Assembly: GCA_964291215.2 (NCBI GenBank)
Contig: OZ219791.1
Location: forward strand, 96,001-160,000
Origin: Alphaproteobacteria bacterium
GTDB taxonomy: Bacteria > Pseudomonadota > Alphaproteobacteria > MPNO01 > UBA830
Direction of reading: 5' to 3'
Length of the DNA stretch: 64,000 nt
Of the stretch, positions 8,779 to 19,451 are shown piece after piece. A model generated the notes under the pieces. The model had not been told where the DNA came from. It saw only the letters and a list, made by a program, of their open reading frames with translations, and made no database searches. A program made the translations under genes and the position numbers. Position 1 is the stretch's first letter; every line of letters starts with the position of its first letter.

Positions 8779-11778
8779 ATGACAACCGACACCAGCGAAC
8801 GCGGCCTCGAACGGCTGATCTGCACGGCTCTGGCGGGCCATCCCTGCGAGCCGGAGGCGACGGACGCCGCCGGCGAACCGGCGGTCGGCTACGACGGTGC
8901 AGGCTGGGGCGGCGGGAGTTGGCACGACTACGACCGCGAGCATTGCATCGACCTGGCCCAACTCACTGCCTTCCTGCGCGCCACGCAGCCCGAGGCGGCC
9001 GAAGCCCTGACTCTCGACGAGGACGGCCCGATCCGGCGCAAGTTCCTTGCGCGGTTACAGGGCCAAATCGCGAAGCGGGGCACCGTCGGCGTGCTCCGGC
9101 GCGGACTCCGGCACGGCGCCCACGAGTTCGCGCTGTTCTACGGCGCGCCCTCGCCCGGCAACATGCAGGCACGGGAACGGTTCGAGCAGAACCGCTTCAC
9201 CGTCACCCGCCAGCTTCGCTACAGCCGCAGCGAGACGCAGCGGGCGCTCGACATCGTGCTCTTTGTCAACGGCCTCCCGGTCGTCACCTTCGAACTCAAG
9301 AACAGCCTCACCAAGCAGACCGTGGAGGACGCCGCCGAACAGTACCGGAGGGACCGCGACCCGCGCGAGAAGCTGTTCGTGCTTGGGCGCTGCATTGCGC
9401 ATTTCGCCGTGGACGACTCCGAGGTGCGTTTCTGTACCCATCTCCAGGGCAAGGCATCGTGGTTCCTGCCCTTCAATCGCGGCTGGCGCGACGGTGCCGG
9501 CAATCCGCCCAACCCACACGGGCTGAAGACCGATTATCTCTGGCGCGAAGTGCTGACTCGCGAGAGTTTGACCGATATCCTCGAAAATTACGCCCGGATC
9601 GTGGAGGAACGCGACAGGAAGACGGGACGCAGGACGCGCAACCAGACTTGGCCCCGCTACCACCAGCTCTATGCCGTCCGGCAGCTGTTGGCGGACGCAG
9701 CCGCCCGTGGCGCGGGCCAGCGCTACCTGATCCAGCACTCGGCCGGCAGCGGCAAGAGCAACTCCATCGCCTGGCTGACGCACCAGTTGATCGGCCTTTC
9801 CCGGGACGGCGCTCCTGTTTTCGATTCCGTCATCGTGGTCACCGACCGGCTCATCCTCGACCGGCAGATCAACGACACCATCCGGCAATACGCCCATATC
9901 GGCGCTACCGTCGGCCATGCCGACCGTTCGGGCGACCTGCGGCGCTTCATCGAGACCGGCAAGAAGATCGTCATCTCGACGGTGCAGAAATTCCCGTTCA
10001 TCCTCGACGAGATCGGCGACATGCAACGCGGGCGGCGGTTCGCCATCGTCATCGACGAGGCGCATTCCAGCCAGGGCGGGCGTACCAGCACGGCTATCGG
10101 ACAGGCTCTCGCCGAAGCGGGTGCGGGCGATGAAGAGACCTTCGAGGATCGAATCAACCGGCTGATGGAATCGCGCAGGCTGTTGCCCAACGCCAGCTAT
10201 TTCGCGTTCACGGCCACGCCCAAGAACAGGACGCTGGAGCTGTTCGGCGCGCCGGATCCGCAACCCGACGGAACGGTCAGGCACCGCGCCTTCCACAGCT
10301 ACACCATGAAGCAAGCCATCCAGGAAGGCTTCATCCTGGACGTGCTGGCGCATTACACGCCGGTTCTGAGCTACTACAGGCTTGCCAAGACTATTGCGGA
10401 CGACCCGGAGTTCGATACGAAGAAGGCGCAGAACAAGCTGCGGCGTTTCGTCGAGGGCCATGACCACGCCATCCGCCTCAAGGCCGAGATCATGGCGGAC
10501 CACTTTCACGAGCAGGTGCTGGCCCGCAACAAGATCGGTGGCGAGGCGCGGGCGATGGTCGTCACCAACGGAGTCGAGCGTGCGATCCGCTATTTCCATG
10601 CCCTTCGCGACTATCTGGAGGAACGCAGGAGTCCGCACCGCGCCATTGTGGCTTTCTCCGGCGAGCAGGAATTCGGCGGCACGACGGTCAGCGAAACGTC
10701 GCTGAACGGTTTTCCGGCCAGTCAGATTGCAGAGAAGATCCGGGAGCACCCCTATCGCTTCCTCGTCTGCGCCGACAAGTTCCAGACCGGCTACGACGAA
10801 CCGCTGCTGCACACCATGTATGTGGACAAGACGCTCTCCGGCATTCGGGCGGTACAGACTCTCTCGCGCCTCAATCGGGCCTACCCGAAGAAACACGATG
10901 TCTTCGTGCTGGATTTCCTGAACGACGCCGGGACCATTCACGCCGCGTTTGCGGACTACTACCGCACGACGATCCTGTCCGACGAGACCGATCCCGACAA
11001 GCTGCATGACTTGCAGGCGGATCTGGACGGCGCACAGGTCTACACGCCCGAACAGGTTGGGGATTTCGCGCACCGCTACCTCGCCGGCGCCGGACGCGAC
11101 CGGCTCGACCCGGTGCTCGACGAATGCGTTGCGGTCTACCTGAGGGCACTCGACGAGGATGGCCAGGCAGACTTCAAGGGCAAGGCCAAGGCATTCGTGC
11201 GAACCTACGGTTTTCTTTCCTGCATCCTGCCCTATACCAACGCTGGCTGGGAAACCCGGTCGATCTTCCTCAACTTCCTGATTCCCAAGCTGCCGTCCCC
11301 GCGCGAGGACGACCTGTCCAGAGGCATCCTGGACGCCATCGACATGGACAGCTACCGGATCGAGAAGCAGACCATGCAGAAGATCGCGCTTCCGGACGAA
11401 GACGTGGCGATCGATCCCCTGCCGCCAGGCGGGGCCAGCCGCCGGCTCGATCCCGACATGGATCGGCTCTCCAACATCGTGAGGCAGTTCAACGACCTGT
11501 TCGGCGGCATTCGGTGGGAAGACAAGGATCGCGTCGAACAATTGATCACCCGCACGATCCCCGGGCGCGTCGCCGCCAACGAGGCATACAGGAACGCCCG
11601 GAAGAATTCGGACACGGAAAACACCAGGATAGAATTCGACAAGGCCCTTCAGCAGGTGATCGTTTCGCTGATTAGCGACGACAACCAGCTATTCAAACAG
11701 TTCATGGACAACGAAGGCTTCAAGCGCTGGATGACCGACGTGACTTTCGAGTTGACGGCGCAAGCGGCAAGTCCATGA
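8779..11778 (+). CDS. hsdR: Type I restriction endonuclease subunit R
   Basis: DIVLFVNGLP..ELKN nuclease motif; HSAGSGKS Walker A; DEAH; FTATP; QTLSRLNR. About 1000 aa, intact. Confidence 0.95.
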   Translation: MTTDTSERGLERLICTALAGHPCEPEATDAAGEPAVGYDGAGWGGGSWHDYDREHCIDLAQLTAFLRATQPEAAEALTLDEDGPIRRKFLARLQGQIAKRGTVGVLRRGLRHGAHEFALFYGAPSPGNMQARERFEQNRFTVTRQLRYSRSETQRALDIVLFVNGLPVVTFELKNSLTKQTVEDAAEQYRRDRDPREKLFVLGRCIAHFAVDDSEVRFCTHLQGKASWFLPFNRGWRDGAGNPPNPHGLKTDYLWREVLTRESLTDILENYARIVEERDRKTGRRTRNQTWPRYHQLYAVRQLLADAAARGAGQRYLIQHSAGSGKSNSIAWLTHQLIGLSRDGAPVFDSVIVVTDRLILDRQINDTIRQYAHIGATVGHADRSGDLRRFIETGKKIVISTVQKFPFILDEIGDMQRGRRFAIVIDEAHSSQGGRTSTAIGQALAEAGAGDEETFEDRINRLMESRRLLPNASYFAFTATPKNRTLELFGAPDPQPDGTVRHRAFHSYTMKQAIQEGFILDVLAHYTPVLSYYRLAKTIADDPEFDTKKAQNKLRRFVEGHDHAIRLKAEIMADHFHEQVLARNKIGGEARAMVVTNGVERAIRYFHALRDYLEERRSPHRAIVAFSGEQEFGGTTVSETSLNGFPASQIAEKIREHPYRFLVCADKFQTGYDEPLLHTMYVDKTLSGIRAVQTLSRLNRAYPKKHDVFVLDFLNDAGTIHAAFADYYRTTILSDETDPDKLHDLQADLDGAQVYTPEQVGDFAHRYLAGAGRDRLDPVLDECVAVYLRALDEDGQADFKGKAKAFVRTYGFLSCILPYTNAGWETRSIFLNFLIPKLPSPREDDLSRGILDAIDMDSYRIEKQTMQKIALPDEDVAIDPLPPGGASRRLDPDMDRLSNIVRQFNDLFGGIRWEDKDRVEQLITRTIPGRVAANEAYRNARKNSDTENTRIEFDKALQQVIVSLISDDNQLFKQFMDNEGFKRWMTDVTFELTAQAASP

Positions 11779-11789
11779 CAAGTTCCGCC

Positions 11790-12203
11790 ACGCTATCCGA
11801 AAGGCCGTGCCGCCGTCCAGCGTCCAGAACCGGCACCCGCGCCATGCCGCCCTTCGGCGACAGGTCCACGGTCAGCGTGCATTCGATCCACCAGACCGAC
11901 GCTGACATGCCGGCATGGCCCGCACCTTCCAAGACTAAGTCGTGTGACGCCAAATGGATCCGCGACCTGATTGAACATCGCGATGCCGTCCCGATCATCC
12001 CCGACCGCGAAGGCGCGAAGACCAGGCACCCATTCTCCAAACCCTTGTATAAATTGCGAAATCGAATCGAACGCGCCTTCAACAAGCTCAAGCAGTTCCG
12101 CCGCATCGCCACCCGCTACGAAAAGCTCACTGCCAATTTCCTCGCCATGATCAAGATCGCTACTGTCAGGCTCTGGCTACGAATTTATGAGGCCACGGCC
12201 TAA
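11790..12203 (+). pseudogene. IS5-family transposase C-terminal remnant
   Basis: LYKLRNRIERAFNKLKQFRRIATRYEKL..NFLAMI motif. Left boundary approximate. Confidence 0.8.
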
Positions 12204-12218
12204 TAGCGTGGGTGTGCT

Positions 12219-12444
12219 ATGAGATTTGCTCTCGTCGACGGCCATCGTACCAATCCCCAACCCCGGGGGGGGGGGGGGGATATGCTGCTATTGCGGGCGC
12301 CGGATGATACCGAAGTGCGGTCGATATGTGCGTTGGCACTGGGCACATGAACGACATAGTAGCTGTGATCCTTGGCAAGAGGGTGAAACTGACTGGCATA
12401 TAGCATGGAAGGATTATTTTCCGGAAGGATTTCAAGAAATCTTG
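12219..12444 (+). pseudogene. CoiA-like N-terminal Cys/His domain, frameshifted at G15 and truncated by IS30
   Basis: MRFALVDG..[G15]..ICCYCGRRMIPKCG...WHWAH...CDPWQEGETDWHIAWK, read across two frames. Confidence 0.7.
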
Positions 12445-13651
12445 CCCCCGTTCCATAGTGAAGTGCAACACATGATGGGCTGTGGCCATGTGTTTTTAGA
12501 CGCATGATGTTGCGGAGCGGTAGCGGCGAGAGTTGCTGTACAAGATGAAGGGAGCTTGTTCATGTCCAAAGGCTACCGTCACCTACGAAGAGCGATGCCA
12601 GATTGAGGCAGAAAAGCGGTCTTTCACAAGGTGCGATTGCTCGGCAGCTAGGCCGATCAACAATTTTCCGGGAGATCAAGCGCAACACCGGGGGACGGGG
12701 TCACCGTCACAAGCAGGCGCAAAGGATGGCAGAAACGCGCCGCAGGACAGACTCGTCTGTTTCCTGGCGGTTGACGCCTCGGGTTGAAGCTCAGAAAAAG
12801 CTGCGGGAGGGCCCCGAGCAGCGGCCGTTTTCGACTGGAGGGCCGTGGGTCGGCAACGGATCCATGATCGCCGAAGATCGGAGAGCTGGGGGCGTCTTGT
12901 GGAAGAAGCTTCGGCGGCGCGGCAAGAAGCCGAACTGGAAGGGCGGATGCCATTCCGGCCGGGTGGACATTTCCGAGCGCCCTGCGGAGGCAAAGGAACG
13001 GATCGGCGACTGGGAACCATCATCGGCAAAGCTCACAGTGGAGCTGTCGTGTCGCTGGTTGATCGTGCCACGAAATACACCTTGCCGGGTGGACAGAAAG
13101 ACACGGTCGGTTCGGTCATGATCCGCCTGCTCGGCTCTGGTGCGCTATTGGTCCACACAATCACAACGGCAAGGAGTTCGCAGACCACAGGCGTGTCGCA
13201 CTTGACGCAGATTTCTTCTTCGCCTTTCCATTCCTGGGAGCGCGGCTTGAATGAGCACACCAACGGCCTGGTGCGGGAGTACTTCCCGAAGGGCACGGAC
13301 TTTCGCGCGATATGCAACGAAGATGTTCAGAAGGTACAGGATCGGATCAACACTCGGAAAGTCCCGGGATCGCTGACGGAGGTAATCTTGAAGTGAAACC
13401 GCGCTGACCATCTGCGCCATGTTCCGAAGCCGTAACGTGCAGCAGGGTCCATGCCGCGCGACGGCGGAATAGTGGCTTGAAGTCGACAAAGGCGTTGCAT
13501 AAGCTCGGTGTTGAAGGAACTGAAGCTGTTCCCAGGCGGAATCGAGAGGGGCAGAGGGGGAAATTTGCGCAACATCCGGCCCTCATCTCCGTTCGGGCTA
13601 CGCCCTCACTGCGATGCGGGCCGGATGTTGCACTTCAGACTGGAAGTGGGG
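12445..13651 (+). mobile_element. IS30-family element (degenerate)
   Basis: EERCQIEA..IARQLGRSTIFREIKRN, GDWE, SWERGLNEHTNGLVREYFPKG. Imperfect IRs CCCCCGTTCCATAGTGAAGTGCAAC / GTTGCACTTCAGACTGGAAGTGGGG. No matching TSD. Confidence 0.9.
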
Positions 13652-13983
13652 TCCATGTAGAACACCGCCAGAACGGGGCTTAGCAGATGCATGCAAAGCG
13701 GCATGTCCGACTTTTCCGGCTTGATCCGGTGACGCATGTCGAAAACCGCGATCTGTCCCGGTTTGACGCTACAGCCGCAGCCCTCGTTCCGGATCACCTC
13801 GGCCACGATCTCGTAGTCGTCCAGCCAGGTCACGCCCAGCCGCCGACGCCCCGACAAGAGGTTCTTCACCTCGGGGGAAAGCCGGTTGAAATCCTCGTCA
13901 CTCGGATACGGCGCCCGCAATTCCTCCAATCCGTCACTATCAAGATAGTCGTGTGGGTAATGACGCGTGGCCTTGTCAGACAT
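13652..13983 (-). pseudogene. Hypothetical Cys-containing protein, 3' truncated by IS30
   Basis: AGGAGAGG RBS before ATG (MSDKATRH...GCGC...PLCMH). Frame runs into the IS30 end. Confidence 0.55.
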
Positions 13984-14088
13984 CCCCAATCCTCTCCTGA
14001 TCGGTTCCCCAGCAGGATGACCGACAGATCGCCATCCCGTAAGCGTGGTGCGCGCCACGCTTGTTTTCAACGCCTGAACTGGGGCAGA

Positions 14089-14451
14089 ATGGACGGTATC
14101 AGCATAGAAGAGACGCCGGTGAAGAACCCCGAATGGGTCGACCAGGGCCCGCCCGAAAAGCCACAGCCCGAGCAAGTGTTTTTCGACGACCCCGCCATCG
14201 ACCGCGCCTTTGCCGTGACCATGGCACTTGCGACCGAGGTCTGGGTGCTGAAAGACAGGGTCATGGCCCTTGAAAGCGCGCTGGAAAAATCCGGCGCGAT
14301 AGATAAAAGTGCGCTCTCCGCCGAACCGGACAATGATGAACGCGCGGCGTGCGAGACCGAACGTCAGGCCTTCGTTGCGGGGCTTCTCGACAACCTCACG
14401 GGACTTCAAGCCTCGGCAGGTGCGCCGGAGAAGGAGGGCGACAATGGATGA
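14089..14451 (+). CDS. Hypothetical protein, coupled to the downstream methyltransferase
   Basis: FFDDPAIDRAFAVTMALATEVWVLKDRVMALE. Overlaps the next start. Start codon uncertain. Confidence 0.65.
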   Translation: MDGISIEETPVKNPEWVDQGPPEKPQPEQVFFDDPAIDRAFAVTMALATEVWVLKDRVMALESALEKSGAIDKSALSAEPDNDERAACETERQAFVAGLLDNLTGLQASAGAPEKEGDNG

Positions 14452-15496
14452 TCGCAGTTTCGTGGCTGCTCAGGACGTAATCCTGGACATGAAGAAACAC
14501 TGGACCACCCGGCTTTATCCTGCCCTGAAAGCCGAATTCGCCGAGCGAACGCGCGACAAGCCAGCTTCAAGCCGCCAAGAAGTCGCAGACCTCCTCGAAC
14601 CCACGATGACCTACCGCTATTTCGCCTGGATGGAACGGCACCTCCAGCGCATGAAATACTCGGGCCGCTATGGCCTTGTGCCCTATCACAGGGAACGCGC
14701 GACCGACCTGCGCGACACTCTGCCAGACATGTCTGGTGACCCACGGCTGGAGTTGAACCCCGATTTCAGGAACCCGATCTACTATGAAACCGTCGACATT
14801 CACCAACACCCGGGCGGCGTCTGGAGCGAACCGACCGCCGGATTTGTCTATGAACGCGGCGCCCGCTCGACCACGCCGATGCTTGGCTCAAGGCACCGAG
14901 ACATGCACGGTCGCCTCACCGACCGGGCCACCCGCGACGGTGTGCCGAAACGGATGCTTGACATGGGCTGTGGCTTCGGCAAGTCGACCCGGCCCTTCTA
15001 TGAGGAACTGCGCGACACCCAGGTGGAAGCCGTCGATCTTGCCGCACCCTGCCTGGAACTCGCGGCCGCCGACGCGGCGGCGGCCCAGGCCGAAAATGTG
15101 CGCTTCCGCCAGATGAACGCCTATGAGACCGACTACGAAGACGGCAGCTTCGACCTTGTCACCTCGACCATGCTCTTGCACGAAATGCCGCCCGAGGAGA
15201 CCGGCAAGACATTCACCGAATGCGCCCGCGTCCTTAAATCGGGCGGCTGCATGGTCCATCTGGATTTCTACATCCTGCCCGACGCCTTTGCCGCGTTCAC
15301 CCACTACGGCCACAGCCGCCGCAACAACGAGCCCTTCATGGTCCCGCTGGCCGAATTGGACGTGGCATCCGAATTAGAAGCGCGCGGCTTCACCAATATC
15401 TCCATTGAACCGTTCCAGGAAGCCGAAGGCGTTGATGTGAACAATAGCCCCTACTGGCGCTTTCCCTGGACCATCATCTCCGCTGACCGCCTGTAA
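14444..15496 (+). CDS. Class I SAM-dependent methyltransferase
   Basis: MLDMGCGFGKS, SFDLVTSTMLLHE, RVLKSGG. AGGAGG RBS. Confidence 0.88.
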   Translation: MDDRSFVAAQDVILDMKKHWTTRLYPALKAEFAERTRDKPASSRQEVADLLEPTMTYRYFAWMERHLQRMKYSGRYGLVPYHRERATDLRDTLPDMSGDPRLELNPDFRNPIYYETVDIHQHPGGVWSEPTAGFVYERGARSTTPMLGSRHRDMHGRLTDRATRDGVPKRMLDMGCGFGKSTRPFYEELRDTQVEAVDLAAPCLELAAADAAAAQAENVRFRQMNAYETDYEDGSFDLVTSTMLLHEMPPEETGKTFTECARVLKSGGCMVHLDFYILPDAFAAFTHYGHSRRNNEPFMVPLAELDVASELEARGFTNISIEPFQEAEGVDVNNSPYWRFPWTIISADRL

Positions 15497-15705
15497 CTGG
15501 CAGGCGCAAGCTACGAGGACAAACGCCGCCGCAGGTCGAATTCGCGTTGGTTGCGGCCGCGACAGGCGAGTCCCGATGGTCGCCGCGACCGCTTCATGAA
15601 CACCGCCAAGACAAGACGCGCCTCAACGCATTGAAATAAATATAAAAATTATCCCGTCCATCACGGGAGAGGCATTGGGCGACTGTCAGTTCTGTGAGAT
15701 GCCCT

Positions 15706-16768
15706 TAGTCATCTGGAACTGAAGTAAGTATAATTGTATGATGGCGGTCGGAGTGTGAACACGGAGGTCATGGCGATGCCACGGGACGGCCCTTGGCGGT
15801 GCTGGTCTTGAGTAATCGGTCGTATCTGGAGGCGCAGGTTCGCCGCCACCGTGTGGCGCGCTCGCTGTCGGCCGCATAATCCTGCGTTGCGCGGACGGGC
15901 TTGGCAACAAGGCGGTGGCCGCAGAGATCGGCGTGCACACCGTCGGCAAGTGGCGCAAGCGCTTTGTCAAGGACCGCATCGAGGGGCTGAGCCGGGACGC
16001 CCGCGGAGCATCGCGGACGAGAAGGTGGCGGAAGTGATCGAGCGCACGCTCACCTCGACGCCCGCGACCCACTGGTCGCTGCGCTCGATGGCGAAGGAGG
16101 CGGGGCTGACGTCGATCTGGCGCATCTGGGGCGCCTTCGGCCTGCACCGGGCCGAGACGTTCAAGCTCTCTCGTGATCCGCACTTCGTCGACAAGGTCCG
16201 CGACATCCTCTCGCCGCTGGATCGCGCGCTGGGCGTCGACGAAAAGAGCTAGGCCCGCACCCAGCCGGTCCTGCTGCCCGGCATCCCTGAGCGGCGCACC
16301 CATGACTACAAGCGCAACGGAACGACCTCGCTGTTCGCCGCGTCGCCACCGGCGCGGTCATCGGCAACAGACGCCACCGGGCCAAGGAGTTCCTCGACTT
16401 CCTCAAGGTGATCGACCGCAATGTTCCGGACGGCCTCGACATCCACATCGTCATGGACAACTACGCCACCCACAAGACCGCCGCGGTCAAAGCCTAGCTG
16501 GCTCGGCGGCCGCACTGGCACGTCCACTTCACGCCGACATCCGCCTCGTGCAGGTCGAGCGCTGGTTCGCCGAACTGACCCGCAAGCAGTTGCAGCGTGG
16601 CCGCTCGACCCTGCAACTCGAAACCGACATCCGGGCCTTCAACCCACAACGAAAATCCCAAGCCCTTCAAGTGGACAAAGTCCGCTGACGAAATCCTCGC
16701 CGCCGTCAAGCGCTTCTGTCTCCGCGTCGAACAAAACTTATGCCACGAACTTTAGATTCAGGTGATTA
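15706..16768 (+). mobile_element. IS630-family element type 1 (degenerate)
   Basis: HWSLRSMA, VDEKS, DIHIVMDNYATHK, VERWFAELT. Ends TAGTCATCTGGAACTGAAGT / ACTTTAGATTCAGGTGATTA. Confidence 0.85.
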
Positions 16769-16789
16769 GATTGGTAGATGACTTGTGTG

Positions 16790-16898
16790 CCAACTGCCGT
16801 TCTTGGGGCGTAGACGAACTCGAAGCGGTCCCACAAGGCTTCGTCCGGCGGGTAGGCCTCGTAGAGAGCGCCGGGCCGATGAGTGTTGAGATTGTCCA
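16790..16898 (-). pseudogene. Short fragment of an IS630 type 2-like transposase
   Basis: MDNLNTHRPGALYEAYPPDEALWDRFEFVY, similar to 39848-39950. Confidence 0.7.
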
Positions 16899-17076
16899 TG
16901 TCTACGCCGGTCGCGCCGAGCTCGGCGCCGCTTGGAAGGCCCGGACCAATGGCGAGGAGCCGTGCTACTATCTCAGCGTCCAACTCGACGACCCGAGCTT
17001 CCCCGAGCCCATCCGCGCGGCCCTGTTCGAGGAGGATGGGGCGGCCTTCCTGGTCTGGAACCGCCGGGAGGCGTAG
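16899..17076 (+). pseudogene. DUF736 C-terminal half
   Basis: VYAGRAELGAAWK...LSVQLDDPSFPEPIRAALFE, nearly identical to 26239-26547. Confidence 0.8.
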
Positions 17077-17124
17077 GTTTCACCTGCTGGATGAATTAAC
17101 CGTTGCGTCGGCGCTGTTATGTGA

Positions 17125-18311
17125 CCCCCGTTCCATAGTGAAGTGTAACACATGATGGGCTGTGGCCATGTGTTTTTAGACGCATGATGTTGCGGAGCGG
17201 TAGCGGCGAGAGTTGCTGTACAAGATGAAGGGAGCTTGTTCATGTCCAAAGGCTACCGTCACCTACGAAGAGCGATGCCAGATTGAGGCGTTACAGAAAA
17301 GCGGTCTTTCACAAGGTGCGATTGCTCGGCAGCTGGGCCGATCAACAATTTTCCGGGAGATCAAGCGCAACACCGGGGGACGGGGTTACCGTCACAAGCA
17401 GGCGCAAAGAATGGCAGAAACGCGCCGCAGGGCAGCCTCGTCTGTTTCCTGGCGGTTGACGCCTCGGGCTGAAGCTCAGAAAAAGCTGCGGGAGGGCCCC
17501 GAGCAGCGGCCGTTTTCGACTGGAAGGCCGTGAACGGATCCATGATCGCATTCATGAAGATCGGAGAGCCGGGGGCGTCTTGTGGAAGAAGCTTCGGCGG
17601 CGCGGCAAGAAGCCGAACTGGAAGGGCGGATGCCATTCTGGCCGGGTGGACATTTCCGAGCGCCCTGCGGAGGCAAAGGAACGGGTCGGCGACTGGGAGC
17701 CATCATCGGCAAAGCTCACAGTGGAGCTGTCGTGTCGCTCGTGCCACGAAATACACCTTGCTGGGTGGACAGAAAGACACGGTCGGTATGATCCGCCTGC
17801 TCGGCTCTGGTGCGCTATTGGTCCACACAATCACAACGGCAAGGAGTTCGCAGACCACAGGCGTGTCGCACTTGACGCAGATTTCTTCTTCGCCTTTCCA
17901 TTCTTGGGAGCGCGGCTTGAATGAGCACACCAACGGCCTGGTGCGGGAGTACTTCCCGAAGGGCACGGACTTTCGCGCGACATGCAACGAAGATGTTCAG
18001 AAGGTGCGGCTCAACACTCGGAAAGTCCCGGGATCGCCGACGGAGGTAATCTTGAAGTGAAACCGCCCTGACCATCTGCGTTCCAAAGCCGCAACGTGCA
18101 GCAGGGTCCATGCCGCGCGACGGCGGAATAGTGGCTTGAAGCCGACAAAGGCGTTGCATAAGCTCGATGTTGAAGGAACTGAAGCTGTTCCCAGGCGGAA
18201 TCGAGAGGGGCAGAGGGGAAAAATTTGTGCAACACCCGGCCCTCATCTCCGTTCGGGCTACGCCCTCACTGCGATGAGGGCCGGGTGTTGCATTTCAGAC
18301 TGGAAGTGGGG
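17125..18311 (+). mobile_element. IS30-family element (degenerate)
   Basis: Same family as 12445-13651. Flanked by TGA on both sides (possible 3-bp TSD). Confidence 0.9.
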
Positions 18312-18360
18312 TGATATAAAACCTCAGACTATAGGTTCTGTATTATGAGGTTTTGTATCA
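18312..18360. promoter_or_regulatory. Inverted repeat upstream of abiEi-1 (probable autoregulatory operator)
   Basis: TGATATAAAACCTCA (18312-18326) and TGAGGTTTTGTATCA (18346-18360) pair at 14/15, directly before the ATG. Confidence 0.65.
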
Positions 18361-18978
18361 ATGGCTCGGCCTCGCTCCCAGCGCCAGATCGCCCACGCCC
18401 TTCTGGAAAAGCGCGGAATCATGCGCCTGGCGGAGCTGCATGAGGCCGGTGTCACCGCAGCAACGGTCAGCCGTATGGAGCGGGACGGTGAAGTTATTCG
18501 GCTCTCACGGGGGCTATACCAACTCCCCGACGCCGCGCTTGATGTGAGCCACAGCCTCGCAGAAGCCGCCAAACGAACGCCGAAGGGCGTCGTTTGCCTC
18601 GTTTCCGCTCTCGCATTTCACGGCCTGACCGATCAACTGCCGAGAAGGGTCTGGATGGCGACCGGTAAGAAGGACTGGGCTCCAAAGCCTGACGGCGCAC
18701 CTATCCGCGTTGTTCGCTTCACCGAAAGCCTGCTCGCCGAAGGGGTCGAGACTTACATGATCGAGGGCGTTTCCGTAAAGGTGTTCGATGTCGCCAAGAC
18801 CGTCGCGGATTGCTTCAGGCACCGAAACAAGATCGGTCTCTCAGTCGCCATCGAAGGTCTCCAGGAGACGCTGCGCCAGCGCAAGGCGACGCCGGCGGAG
18901 ATTGCCAGGCAGGCAGAGCGGGGAGGCGTTTCCACTGTGATCCGGCCCTATCTTGAAGCGCTGACTGCCAATGCCTAA
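18361..18978 (+). CDS. abiEi: Type IV TA antitoxin AbiEi (wHTH)
   Basis: RLSRGLYQL, GVVCLVSALAFHGLT, KTVADCFRHRNKIG. Overlaps the AbiEii gene. Confidence 0.88.
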   Translation: MARPRSQRQIAHALLEKRGIMRLAELHEAGVTAATVSRMERDGEVIRLSRGLYQLPDAALDVSHSLAEAAKRTPKGVVCLVSALAFHGLTDQLPRRVWMATGKKDWAPKPDGAPIRVVRFTESLLAEGVETYMIEGVSVKVFDVAKTVADCFRHRNKIGLSVAIEGLQETLRQRKATPAEIARQAERGGVSTVIRPYLEALTANA

Positions 18979-19451
18979 AGAGATAAAGAACATTGGGGCG
19001 TCAGTGCGCGCCCGCCTTCTGAACCTTTCCAAGGCGAGCGGCCAGAGTTTCGACTTGGTGCTGACGCGCTTCGCGCTTGAGCGTCTTCTATTCCGGCTTA
19101 GCCAATCTCGCTACGCCGATCGCTTCGTGCTCAAGGGCGCGATGTTGCTGATGAGTTGGCTCGACGAGCCGCATCGCGGCACGCGCGACCTCGACTTGCT
19201 GGCGTTCGGGGATCCCAACGCCGACGCCATGCTCGCGACGTTTCGGGAAATCCTGGCACAAGATGCGGGCGACGGCGTGGTATTCGATGCGGATGCGCTG
19301 CGCGTCGATCGTATCCGCGAGGAACTCGAATATGGCGGCCTTCGACTCCGCACGACTGCGTCGATCAGCGGCGCACGGATCAACCTGATGATCGACATCG
19401 GATTCGGCGACGCGTTGGAGCCTGGCTCCGAGTTGATCGACTATCCGGTCA
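18971..19451 (+). pseudogene. abiEii: AbiEii nucleotidyltransferase toxin, 3' truncated
   Basis: SVRARLLN, ERLLFRL, FVLKGAML...RGTRDLDLL, IDIGFGD. Stops at the IS end at 19452. Confidence 0.85.

Noticed and set aside
9055-11541. 828-aa minus-strand ORF (similarly 1435-2586, 3256-4635, 51404-52900)
   Set aside because: Antisense shadows of well-supported GC-rich genes, with no recognisable motifs.
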